Positions 27,032-36,416 of a stretch of DNA of 64,000 nucleotides are shown here, piece after piece. Within the stretch, counting starts at the first letter, position 1, and every line of letters begins with the position of its first letter. The translations under genes and the position numbers were made by a program. Below the pieces are notes generated by a model. That model was not told the DNA's origin. It ran no database searches and saw only the letters and a list, made by a program, of their open reading frames with translations. This DNA comes from Candidatus Acidiferrales bacterium (GTDB lineage: Bacteria; Acidobacteriota; Terriglobia; Acidiferrales; UBA7541), in contig JBEKBP010000021.1 in assembly GCA_050015335.1 (NCBI GenBank), forward strand, positions 18,319-82,318, read 5' to 3'.

Positions 27032-27066
27032 CAACAAAAAGGCTGCCGCTTTGAGGCGACAGCCTT
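27032..27066 (-). terminator. Intrinsic terminator of the micro-gene, immediately 5' of the intron remnant
   Basis: The minus strand reads AAGGCTGTCGC-CTCAAA-GCGGCAGCCTT followed by TTTTGTTG, then GTGCG of the intron. Confidence 0.7.
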
Positions 27067-27107
27067 GAGTAACTTTGTACAGCCGACTTTTCCGGTAAGC
27101 GACCCTG

Positions 27108-27158
27108 CTACTTGCCCTTGGCTGCTTTCTTGGCTGGCTTCTTGGCTTTTTTTGCCAT
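27108..27158 (-). CDS. 16-aa lysine-rich micro-protein MAKKAKKPAKKAAKGK (candidate)
   Basis: GGAGAC is 5-6 nt before ATG 27158 and the stop TAG is at 27108-27110. The ORF has its own TGGACT-17-TATAAG promoter (27200-27228) and its own terminator (27032-27066). Confidence 0.4.
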   Translation of the reverse strand: MAKKAKKPAKKAAKGK

Positions 27159-27306
27159 TGGTGTCTCCGTGTCAGGATTTGCCCGTGGGCATGGCTTACC
27201 TTATACGTAATCTATGAGAACAAGTCCATCGAGAACCGCACAAACTGAGATTTTGGACGCCGAATTCTTGCCGCCGGTCATCAGCGATGTGGAGTTGGCG
27301 GCGAAT

Positions 27307-28266
27307 TCAAGAGCTGCCGATCAGGATTCCAACCAGGAATACCATCACGCCACCCACCACCACCTGGAAGGTGGACGAGAGCAGCGGCGTGTCCATGTAG
27401 CGATGGCGCACCCAGCTGATGATGGCGAGTTCGATGGCAACCACGATCAGGGCGGCGGCCAATGCCACATGGAAATTGTGGATCAAGAAGGGCAGAGTGT
27501 GGCCGAAACCGCCGGCAGCCGTCATCAGGCCGGTAACCACTCCGCGGGCCAGGGGCCGCCCCCGGCCCGTCAGAGTGCCGTCGTCTGAAAGTGCCTCGGC
27601 AAATGCCATAGAAATGCCCGCGCCGAGAGAAGCCGCGGCGCCGACCAGAAATGCGTCCCGGGTCTGATGCGTCGCAAAGGCCGCTGCGAATATAGGCGCA
27701 AGGGTCGAAACGGACCCGTCCATCAAACCCGCCAGGCCGGGTTGAATGATCTGCAGCATGAGTGCCTGTTTGCCGGCCTTCTCTTCTTCGGTTCGTGCAC
27801 CTTGATCGAGATGTTTTTCTTCCAGCGATTTTGCGAACTCCGAGTGCTGGCGCTCGATTTCCGCCAAATCGCCGAGCAATTTCCGCGTGGCTGCATCCGA
27901 TACATTGTGCACAGCTTTTTCGTAGAAGCGGCGCGTTTCAAGCTCCATTTCTTCGGCTTGCCTGCGGACGGTCTTCATTCCGAGCGGGCGCACGAGCCAA
28001 ACCGGCCGGCGTTCGATGAACCCCTTCACGTCCTGGCGGCGGATCAATGGGATGTGCTCACCGAACCGCTTCCGGTGCATGTCGAGCAGGGCCTGGCGAT
28101 GCCGCGATTCCTCGGCCTGCATCTGTTCAAAGACTTTAGCCGTCGCCGGGTAGGACTCCCGAAGTCCTTCGGCAAAGTCTCCGTAGACGCGGCTATCCTC
28201 TTCCTCAAGTTGAATGCCTAGCGCGAGGATCTCCCGCTCGGTGAGATCCTTGAACCTCTTTGCCAT
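27307..28266 (-). CDS. mbfA: Erythrin (ferritin-like) - VIT1/CCC1 fusion protein, MbfA-like iron exporter
   Basis: GAGGAG SD is present. The N-terminal di-iron four-helix region contains E..H motifs (QAEESRH, IERQH). The C-terminal part is a VIT1-type membrane domain. Confidence 0.7.
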   Translation of the reverse strand: MAKRFKDLTEREILALGIQLEEEDSRVYGDFAEGLRESYPATAKVFEQMQAEESRHRQALLDMHRKRFGEHIPLIRRQDVKGFIERRPVWLVRPLGMKTVRRQAEEMELETRRFYEKAVHNVSDAATRKLLGDLAEIERQHSEFAKSLEEKHLDQGARTEEEKAGKQALMLQIIQPGLAGLMDGSVSTLAPIFAAAFATHQTRDAFLVGAAASLGAGISMAFAEALSDDGTLTGRGRPLARGVVTGLMTAAGGFGHTLPFLIHNFHVALAAALIVVAIELAIISWVRHRYMDTPLLSSTFQVVVGGVMVFLVGILIGSS

Positions 28267-28460
28267 CGTCAGTCTCCTCAAGGAAAGGGGTTATTATATC
28301 CAGGTTTCGAAGGCTCCAAGCAGCCAAGCGGCAGGCAATTCGGACTTTCATGAGCCAAAGTGATTGAGCGGCGCATCCAAACTCTGTGGATTGCTACTGC
28401 TATTCCCTGCTGAATTTGCTCGCAGAAGCCGGTCTCAGCTGGAAATAAGGTCGTGAACCG

Positions 28461-29462
28461 ATGAAAGCATGCGTGCTACGGTCACCGGCTCCGGTTGGGA
28501 GCAACCCGCTTGCGTTGATCGATGTGCCCGACCCGAATCCCGGGCCTGGTGAACTGCTCGTGCGCGCTCACGCTTGCGGCGTCTGCCGCACCGATCTGCA
28601 CGTGGTGGAAGGTGAGCTCCCCCAGCGCAAATCGCCGGTGATCCCCGGACATCAAGTGGTCGGGATCGTCGAAAGACTCGGCCATGGCGCGCATCGCTTT
28701 TCGGCCGGGGCGCGCGTCGGGATTCCCTGGCTCCATCGCACCGATCAAACCTGCGAGTACTGCCGTGCCGGGAAGGAAAACCTGTGCGATAGCCCCACGT
28801 TTACCGGCTACACGGTTGATGGAGGCTATGCCCAATACGTGCTCGCGCCCGAAGACTTCGTCTATGCCATCCCGGAAGCGTTTCCCGACGAGCATGCGGC
28901 CCCGCTTCTTTGCGCGGGAATCATCGGCTTTCGCTCGCTCCGGTTGACGGGAATGCAGCGCGGCGGCCGCCTGGCCTTCTATGGATTCGGAGCGGCGGCC
29001 CATGTGGCCATTCAGGTAGCTCGCCATTGGGATATCGAAGTCTACGTTTGCACGCGTGGCGCCAAGCATCAGCAGCTAGCCTTGCAGCTAGGGGCTGTGT
29101 GGGCCGGCGAAGCCGCCGACGAGCCTCCCGCCAAGCTGGACGCGGCAATCATCTTCGCTCCCGCGGGCGAACTTGTCCCCCCCGCCTTAGAAGCACTCAA
29201 GAAGGGCGGCGTATTGGTCCTCGGCGGTATTCATATGAGTCCGGTTCCATCATTCGATTACGATTTGCTTTATCAAGAGCGCGTGATCCGTAGCGTGGCC
29301 AACAACACCCGCCAGGACGGCGAGGACTTCTTGCGGGTCGCAGCGGAAATTCCGGTTCGGACGCAGGTGACCATTTTTCCCTTGCGCGAAGCAAACCGTG
29401 CGCTTAACGATCTGAAGAATGACCGAATTAACGGGGCCGCGGTGCTCGATTGCCGGGTGTAA
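28461..29462 (+). CDS. Zinc-dependent alcohol dehydrogenase family protein
   Basis: [20 protein letters not shown], a structural-zinc Cys cluster (C.YC..G..NLC) and a GFGAAAH Rossmann motif. Confidence 0.85.
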   Translation: MKACVLRSPAPVGSNPLALIDVPDPNPGPGELLVRAHACGVCRTDLHVVEGELPQRKSPVIPGHQVVGIVERLGHGAHRFSAGARVGIPWLHRTDQTCEYCRAGKENLCDSPTFTGYTVDGGYAQYVLAPEDFVYAIPEAFPDEHAAPLLCAGIIGFRSLRLTGMQRGGRLAFYGFGAAAHVAIQVARHWDIEVYVCTRGAKHQQLALQLGAVWAGEAADEPPAKLDAAIIFAPAGELVPPALEALKKGGVLVLGGIHMSPVPSFDYDLLYQERVIRSVANNTRQDGEDFLRVAAEIPVRTQVTIFPLREANRALNDLKNDRINGAAVLDCRV

Positions 29463-29632
29463 CTCACCTCCGTTTCTGCCCATCCTTCCAAGGACGCGCT
29501 GGCTTGTGCGCGCGCCCCCTCCTCCCCGACGACAAAGGGGTCGCAGCCCGCCCTCGGGTAGACTAGGAAGAAGGAGTTCGCGCCATCCATTCAACGGGAG
29601 CCATCGCCCATCCAGCCAGGAGCCGGCGCAGT

Positions 29633-30097
29633 TTGCTGCTCCACGATAGCTTTCGAGCCGGCATCACGCTCAAAGGGGTCGATGGCATTCTCGAGGCCAT
29701 CGGCGGCATCGTGCTGTGGTCGATCAAGCCTTCGGCTCTGAATAAGATCGCGCTGAAATTTCTCGAAATCGATCTGCCCTTCGATCGCCACGATTTCATC
29801 ACCCTGCACCTGTATCGGGCGACCGAACACCTCGCATACGGAGGCAAGCACTTCGCGTCGCTCTATCTGCTGATGCACGGCCTCATCAAAGCACTGCTGG
29901 TCACGGCACTGTGGTTTGACGCGCTATGGGCCTATCCCCTCACCATGTTTGTGTTCGGACTTTTCTCCGTCTATCAAATTCACCGATTCCTACACACCCA
30001 TTCCGTGACCCTGCTCCTGATCACCGTCTTTGACGTGCTGATCATCTGGCTGACGTCGCGGGAATACCACGATCAGAAGGCCGCCCGCCACAAGTAG
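29633..30097 (+). CDS. DUF2127 family membrane protein
   Basis: TTG start with AGGAG 10 nt upstream. The product has LKGVDGILEAIGGIVLW and several TM helices. Confidence 0.55.
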   Translation: MLLHDSFRAGITLKGVDGILEAIGGIVLWSIKPSALNKIALKFLEIDLPFDRHDFITLHLYRATEHLAYGGKHFASLYLLMHGLIKALLVTALWFDALWAYPLTMFVFGLFSVYQIHRFLHTHSVTLLLITVFDVLIIWLTSREYHDQKAARHK

Positions 30098-30224
30098 CGG
30101 TGCATCCCCGGGCGAAGCGCTGCAGAACCCAGGAGGGGGAAGATTTGCCCGGGCCGCAGGGTTGGGTTAGAGTGGCCGCGCGCATACTGAAGACGCGGGA
30201 GCGCGGTTGGCTATTTCCGTAAAG

Positions 30225-31223
30225 ATGACCTCGAGCACATTCACGATCGGCGTCGATCTTGGCGGCACGAATCTGCGAATCGGAGCCTACTCACAGGATT
30301 CCGGACTCCTCGATACGATTCCGCTGGCCACGCGGCTCGCCGATGGGCGAGATGCTGTGACGGCCGATATGTGCAATGCCATCCGGCAGTTGCTCGGTCG
30401 CTACGCTCCGCAGCGACGGCTCGCGGGAATCGCCATTGGCTCCCCTGGCCCCCTCGAATTGCCGGAAGGCGTGCTCCGGAGACCTCCGAACCTCCCCGGT
30501 TGGGATGGCTTCCCATTGCGCCGGACGGTCGAAGGCGCTTTGGGCCGGCCTGTGCTCGTGCAGAATGACGCAAACGTTGCCGCATTCGCTGAGTGCCTTT
30601 TGGGCCGGGGCAAAATGTTGGGGGTCGATTCACTATGCATGTTCACCTTGGGAACGGGGGTGGGCGGCGGAATTATTTTACGCGGGAAGATTTGGGATGG
30701 CGTGACCGGGATGGGCGGAGAAGTGGGGCACCTCAACATCTGGACCGAGGGCGGCATGCCTTGCGGCTGTGGAAGCCAGGGTTGCCTGGAACCACATGCC
30801 TCGGCCACCGGGGTGCGCAAAATGGCGGATGCCATGATCGCGCGTGGAACCGCTCCGGGACTGGAGGCTCTGCGAGCGGCCAATCCCGCCTTTTCGGCTC
30901 GAGAAGTCGCAGAGCTGGCAGCCGACGGGGACACCGATGCCCAGGCGATTTATCAAAGCGTGGGGCGTTCGCTCGGAATCGGTCTGGCGAGTCTTGTCAA
31001 CACGTTGAATTTGCCGCTCTATGTCCTGGGCGGGGGAGTCGCCAAGGCGTGGGATATTTTCTCGCCGGCGCTCTTCGAGCAACTCACCCAGCGCAGCTAC
31101 ATCTATCGGTTGACGTCCGGCACGACGCACGTTACGCCGTCTGTCCTGGGGCCGGATGCCGGGCTTCTGGGCGCCTGCCTTCTTCCCTTCACCACGGCTA
31201 TCTCGGGGTCGCAATCGGTCTAG
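30225..31223 (+). CDS. glk: ROK family glucokinase/sugar kinase
   Basis: IGVDLGGTNLR ATP-binding motif, and the ROK zinc motif GHL......C.CG..GCLE. Confidence 0.8.
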   Translation: MTSSTFTIGVDLGGTNLRIGAYSQDSGLLDTIPLATRLADGRDAVTADMCNAIRQLLGRYAPQRRLAGIAIGSPGPLELPEGVLRRPPNLPGWDGFPLRRTVEGALGRPVLVQNDANVAAFAECLLGRGKMLGVDSLCMFTLGTGVGGGIILRGKIWDGVTGMGGEVGHLNIWTEGGMPCGCGSQGCLEPHASATGVRKMADAMIARGTAPGLEALRAANPAFSAREVAELAADGDTDAQAIYQSVGRSLGIGLASLVNTLNLPLYVLGGGVAKAWDIFSPALFEQLTQRSYIYRLTSGTTHVTPSVLGPDAGLLGACLLPFTTAISGSQSV

Positions 31224-31364
31224 GAGAGTTTTCCAGAAAGCATCGGCTCTCTCCGCGGCCGCTATCGAACCGGCTGATAGAGGGCCCTCGATCTGGATTT
31301 CCCTTTCCGGTGTCAGATTGCTAGGATCATTGGGTTCGAAATCTGAACGATTCGGCGGTGAAAG

Positions 31365-32537
31365 ATGGCGCAAGTGAAAAAAATCGGGATTCTCACCGGC
31401 GGTGGTGACGTTCCGGGGCTGAATTCAGTGATCAAGTCCGCGGTCTATCGCGGAAGCGAATTTGGAATGGGCGTGGTGGGCATTCGCAGGGGATGGAAAG
31501 GCCTTACGCACCTCGATCCGGCCAATATCGCCGATCCGACCTACACCTACGAGCTCACCCGCGAGAATACGCTGACGATTGATCGAACCGGAGGCACCAT
31601 CCTCCACACCTCCCGCACCAATCCCCGGCGCATGGCTGAATCCAAGATTCCCGAGGGCTTCCCACGCGAGCGCCTGCAGACGCTTGGCTTCGACGGCAAG
31701 TACTACGATTTCACTCCGATCGTGATTGAAAATCTCCAGGCGCTGAGCATCGACTGCCTGATCGCGATTGGCGGCGACGACACGCTCAGCTTCGCCTCGA
31801 TTCTTACCGCGAACGGCTTTCCCGTCATCGGCGTCCCGAAGACGATGGATAACGACGTTCAGGGCACGGAATATTGCATCGGGTTCTCCACGGCAGTCAC
31901 CCGGGCAAGGGATGCAATCACGCGCCAGCGGACCACCATCGGCTCCCACGAACGCATTGGCATCTTTCGCATCTTCGGCCGCGACGCCGGCTTCACGGCT
32001 GTTTACACAGCGTATGTGACCGGATCGCGCTGCCTGATCCCGGAATACCCCTTTGATCTGGAGCACGCGATCAGTCTCCTGCTTGAAGACAAGCGGAACA
32101 ACCCCAGCGGTTATTCGCTGGTGGTGGTTTCCGAGGGCGCCGTTTGGAAGGAACGGGAGGTCCAGGAAACAGGCGAAGCCGATGCCTTCGGGCACCGCAA
32201 GAAAGTTGATATCGGGCAGGCGCTATCGGCCGAGATCCAGAAGCGCACCGGGGAAGAAACGATTGCCAGCGATCTGACCTATGATCTGCGCGGCGGCGCG
32301 CCCGACGTCATCGACCAGATCGTAGGCGGCACGTTTGGAAATATCGCCGTCGATCTGATTCATGAGGGCGTTTCGGGCAGAATGATCGGAATCCTCAATG
32401 GCGTTTACACCCATACGCCACTGTCCCCCACGCCTCTGCCGCCTCGCCGAGTCGACACCGTAAAGCTCTACAACACGGAACGCTATCGCCCGAATTACGC
32501 CTCGAAGCTAGGCCTGCCGCTGCTGTTCGGCTTCTGA
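31365..32537 (+). CDS. pfp: 6-phosphofructokinase, PfkA family, with residues typical of the pyrophosphate-dependent type
   Basis: GILTGGGDVPGLN, IGGDDT (Asp where ATP-dependent enzymes have Gly) and PKTMDND (Lys where ATP-dependent enzymes have Gly). Confidence 0.8.
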   Translation: MAQVKKIGILTGGGDVPGLNSVIKSAVYRGSEFGMGVVGIRRGWKGLTHLDPANIADPTYTYELTRENTLTIDRTGGTILHTSRTNPRRMAESKIPEGFPRERLQTLGFDGKYYDFTPIVIENLQALSIDCLIAIGGDDTLSFASILTANGFPVIGVPKTMDNDVQGTEYCIGFSTAVTRARDAITRQRTTIGSHERIGIFRIFGRDAGFTAVYTAYVTGSRCLIPEYPFDLEHAISLLLEDKRNNPSGYSLVVVSEGAVWKEREVQETGEADAFGHRKKVDIGQALSAEIQKRTGEETIASDLTYDLRGGAPDVIDQIVGGTFGNIAVDLIHEGVSGRMIGILNGVYTHTPLSPTPLPPRRVDTVKLYNTERYRPNYASKLGLPLLFGF

Positions 32538-32683
32538 CGGGACTTTCAATGACTGGAATGACTGGCTTCTAAGTGGCGTGGGTAGCGGCATTCGGCTATA
32601 CTTACATTTCCGCCGACCTAGCGACGCGATTCGGTGTGCCCGTGTTCACTCGCGCAGACCGGTCGGCAAAAAAGGGGTCTCTC

Positions 32684-32917
32684 ATGAAAGAAGGAATCCA
32701 TCCCGATTACCACGCCGTGACGGTGCATTGCGCCTGCGGCAACACGTTTGAAACCCGCTCCACGTTCAAGGGCCAATTGATCCGGGTTGAAATCTGCTCG
32801 AATTGCCACCCGTTCTTCACGGGCAAGCAGAAGCTGATCGACACCGCGGGCCGCGTCGAACGATTCCAAAAGAAATACGCGGATAAAGCCGCCTCGGTCG
32901 CCAACGCCAAGAAGTAA
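32684..32917 (+). CDS. rpmE: 50S ribosomal protein L31 (Zn-ribbon type A)
   Basis: [10 protein letters not shown], with C.C at CACG and C..C at [10 protein letters not shown]. Confidence 0.92.
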   Translation: MKEGIHPDYHAVTVHCACGNTFETRSTFKGQLIRVEICSNCHPFFTGKQKLIDTAGRVERFQKKYADKAASVANAKK

Positions 32918-33195
32918 CTGGTACAGATATCAACTGTTGAAATAGCCGGGGCCTGAAGTGTGCGCGCTCGGGCTAGCGTAGCGGGGCAAGCTCTCTGCAG
33001 GGCCAAAAATCGAAATTTCCGGTACTCTACGCGGCCGGGGAGGACGACGCGCCCGGACACGGCCAAAGCAAGGCCCTGCGCGCGGGCCCCCATGTCCTGG
33101 CTAAGCCGCGACCCGCAGAGTTTTTCGCGTTGCGGCGCGGAAGAAGCGTTACGGCGCGCGACCGAACCCTGACTTGCGGTGTACAATCTCGCCAG

Positions 33196-34776
33196 ATGGC
33201 CACGCAATTGTCTTCGCAGCCCGACTCCCCCGGTTCGCTGGTTGAAGCCGCGGCACCGCGCGTTACGCTGAGGAATTATTTCGCGCATCCGTTTGACTCC
33301 GCGATTGCGGCGGCCCGGACCTGCTATTCGAGCCACCTGGTGAATCCGGACGAAGTTACCGAGAAGCAGCGCGTCATGATAGGGTCGGGGACGTTTTTCG
33401 GCGGACATCACACCGTCTATCAGCACGCGCATTTCGAATTTGGGCTCGAGAACGTCAGCCGGCAATTTGTGTGGTCGTTCCTGCACGCGCACCCCTTTTA
33501 TAACTCCGAGCAGCAGAGCCAGCGCTACGTCCGCCTCGACCGCGCCCAGGCTTACGTTCCTCCCGTGGAGACGCCCGGCTTCGGCCCGGCCGAGCGTGCC
33601 ATTTATGAAAAGTCTATCGTGCGGGCCTGGGACCGTTACCGCGAGCTCACCACGCTGCTGGCACCCAACGCGCGGGAGATTCTGGGCGATATCTGGCACC
33701 TCAGCCCCCTGTCGCATGCCAAGCGGGTGCAGAAGGTCGAGCGGCAATCGGAGAAGCGCGCCATCGAGGTAGCGCGCTACGTGTTGCCGGTGGCAGCGTT
33801 CACCACCATGGTGCATACGATTTCCGGGATCGTCCTGTACCGGTTGTGGCGGATGCAGGCGGCTAGCGATACGCCGTCGGAAACGCGGCAAATCGTCGGC
33901 GAAATGGTGGCTCGGGTGCGCGAGGCCGACCCGCAGTTTTTTGACCGCTTCGACAACGAGCCGATGGAGCAGTTGCCCGAATGGCGGCAGCGGCCGCATG
34001 ACGGGGAGGCGTTTGCGCGGGAGTTCGACGCGCGACTGGGCCATTCTACCTCGCGCCTGATTGATTATTCCCCGAACGCGATGGCGTCAGTGGCGGGGGC
34101 GTATCGCGCCGTCCTGGGATTGACGGCGGCGGAATGCTCCGACGCGGAAGCTGTCGACCGTCTGCTCAATCCTGCGCGCAATCCCTATCGCCACGAGACT
34201 CTCAACGTGGGCGTCCACGCGCCGATGATGCGCGCCCTGCAGCACGCGAATTTCACCTTTGCCAAGAAGATCAGTCACACTGCAGACAGCCAGGATCAGC
34301 GGCACCGCATGGTTCCGGGCTCGCGTCCGCTACTCACGCTCGCCGACGCGCGCTCGCCCGACTACATCCGGCCCATGCTGATCCGCGATAATCCGCGCGC
34401 GCTCGAAATCTATCAGCAAGCCATGGAAGAAGCCTGGTCGGCGAAAAATGAGTTGCTCGACCGGGGCGTCTCGCGGGAAGTCGCGCTCTACCTGCTTCCC
34501 AACGCCAAGTCGATACGGCTGGTCGAGACGGGTTCGCTGCTGCACTTGCTGCATAAATGGACGATGCGGACCTGCTTCAACGCGCAGGAGGAGATCTACC
34601 AGTCTTCGCTCGAAGAGGTGCAGCAGGTACGGGCGGCTTTCCCCGAACTCGGCCGCTACCTCGGGCCTCCCTGCTTCATCCGGGCGGGAATCTCGACGCC
34701 AATCTGCACCGAAGGCTCGCACTTCTGCGGCGTCAAAGTGTGGCTCGAGTTCCCCCATATCCAGCGCCGGATATGA
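33196..34776 (+). CDS. thyX: Long (526 aa) ThyX-family FAD-dependent thymidylate synthase-like protein
   Basis: ThyX-like elements are split across two halves: HHTVYQHAHFEF...S....SQRYV in the first half and SQDQRHR in the second. TACAAT (33182-33187) lies 8 nt before the ATG. Confidence 0.55.
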   Translation: MATQLSSQPDSPGSLVEAAAPRVTLRNYFAHPFDSAIAAARTCYSSHLVNPDEVTEKQRVMIGSGTFFGGHHTVYQHAHFEFGLENVSRQFVWSFLHAHPFYNSEQQSQRYVRLDRAQAYVPPVETPGFGPAERAIYEKSIVRAWDRYRELTTLLAPNAREILGDIWHLSPLSHAKRVQKVERQSEKRAIEVARYVLPVAAFTTMVHTISGIVLYRLWRMQAASDTPSETRQIVGEMVARVREADPQFFDRFDNEPMEQLPEWRQRPHDGEAFAREFDARLGHSTSRLIDYSPNAMASVAGAYRAVLGLTAAECSDAEAVDRLLNPARNPYRHETLNVGVHAPMMRALQHANFTFAKKISHTADSQDQRHRMVPGSRPLLTLADARSPDYIRPMLIRDNPRALEIYQQAMEEAWSAKNELLDRGVSREVALYLLPNAKSIRLVETGSLLHLLHKWTMRTCFNAQEEIYQSSLEEVQQVRAAFPELGRYLGPPCFIRAGISTPICTEGSHFCGVKVWLEFPHIQRRI

Positions 34777-34827
34777 TCGGCGGCGGGCAGAACCCTTGCC
34801 GCGGCGAACTTCCTACAATAGCCGCCT

Positions 34828-36138
34828 TCAGCGGCCTAGTATGCGAGTGCTGGTCGGCGATATGAGCTCGTAGCGAACCCCGCGCCAGCGCATGCGCCTG
34901 GTCAGCAACGATGCGATAAAATTCCACGCAAACAGGAAGGGAACAATGGGCGCAAGGAGCATCCACACCCAGTTCCACTTCTTCAGCGGACCTCTCCACT
35001 GCGGCAGCAGTTCATCGGCGGCCACCGTGCGCAAGGCCCCCTTCATGGCAGCCAGCAGCGGAATCAGCAGCGTCATCAGCGCGAGTTCTATCCAAGTGTC
35101 GCCGCCGATCATCATGATCAAAATCACGGCGAATGCGTAGAGCAGAGTAAGCGAATACGCCCAATTCGCCAGAGCGCCCATCACCCAGCGCTTGAACGAA
35201 TACACCCGCGTGATTAAGATCTGCCGGTTCGTAAACTCCAGAAGGCTCCGTCCAGTCCAGGGTTGCAGACTCGGCGCCAGGCATTCCGCGCAAAAGACAA
35301 TCGGCTTGCGGGCGGCTTCGAGGGCCTGCGTCATGGCGAAATCGTCGCTGCAGGCGCCTTTCCAAGCCTCCAGTACTTGCGCATCATCGAACGTTTGGCG
35401 CCGGATCGCGGTGCCGCCGCCCCAGCAGAAATTCTCGCCCGCGCGGCCCAGGAGCGTGGCAATCGCGGCGTTCCAGGCAGAAGCCAGGGCGCTGGCGAAG
35501 CCGCCGGTTCCCATGGCGCCGACCGGGATGATCCACCGATAGCCCGTCGTCGCGCCGATCCGCGCGTCCTGAAGAGGGGCGACGATTCTCTTGAGCCACC
35601 CTCGCGGGAGCCTGGCATCTGAATCGGTGAAAACGAGAATGTCGACGCTGGGCGGAAGCGATTCGACCGCCCGCCGCAGGTTGAAAACCTTTTCGCTGCA
35701 TTCTTCCGCGGGTCCGGCGATCACAATATGAACGGGACGCTGGCTGATTGCTTTCACTTGCTCGATGACCTTCAGCGCGGGATCAAGGCTTGATGCGATC
35801 GCGAGGTAGATGTCGTATTGGGGATAGTCAAAATTGACAAGCGCCGAAAGATTCTCCTCGAGCCCCGGCTCGTTGCCCTTGCAAGGGCAAATCACGGCCG
35901 CAGCGGGGGCGTAAAACCCCGTGTAGGATGCCATCCGCTTCCGAACAAGCCGCAACCACTGAAAGCCATCCCAAAGCGAATAGGTCCCCACCGCGATTTG
36001 CACGATGACGAGAATGTAGAAGAAGTCGATCACCCATCGCGAGAATAGCAAAACCACGGGCGCACTGGCGGAATTGCCGCGATGGACTTGCCAAATCGCC
36101 ACGGGTAGATTGGCGCCGATGCGAGATAGATTACCCAT
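34828..36138 (-). CDS. Membrane glycosyltransferase, GT2/GT21 (ceramide glucosyltransferase/HpnI-like)
   Basis: N-terminal TM segment, then PCKG...DY, a D.D motif (FTDSD) and C-terminal TM helices. Confidence 0.65.
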   Translation of the reverse strand: MGNLSRIGANLPVAIWQVHRGNSASAPVVLLFSRWVIDFFYILVIVQIAVGTYSLWDGFQWLRLVRKRMASYTGFYAPAAAVICPCKGNEPGLEENLSALVNFDYPQYDIYLAIASSLDPALKVIEQVKAISQRPVHIVIAGPAEECSEKVFNLRRAVESLPPSVDILVFTDSDARLPRGWLKRIVAPLQDARIGATTGYRWIIPVGAMGTGGFASALASAWNAAIATLLGRAGENFCWGGGTAIRRQTFDDAQVLEAWKGACSDDFAMTQALEAARKPIVFCAECLAPSLQPWTGRSLLEFTNRQILITRVYSFKRWVMGALANWAYSLTLLYAFAVILIMMIGGDTWIELALMTLLIPLLAAMKGALRTVAADELLPQWRGPLKKWNWVWMLLAPIVPFLFAWNFIASLLTRRMRWRGVRYELISPTSTRILGR

Positions 36139-36416
36139 CTCACCGTACTGGAAGCGAACTCATGTCCAGAGCCGCCCTCCACCCCTGCGCCCGTCAATGA
36201 AGCAAAACGGCATGAGTTCGCGACCAAGGCCGTCGGCGCAATGGGGCCGCCATGAATGCGGCGCGTATCGTCATCGGCGACTAAGTGGGCCTCTAGAAGG
36301 CGATGGCCGGCTTCACGCGCGTGCGGCGAGCCGCAGAAACGCCTTCCCCCATTGTGTGGGAAGCGTGGACGGCAGAGACTTTTAACCTTCGCTTAGGCGG
36401 TGGCCGCTGTGAGTTT

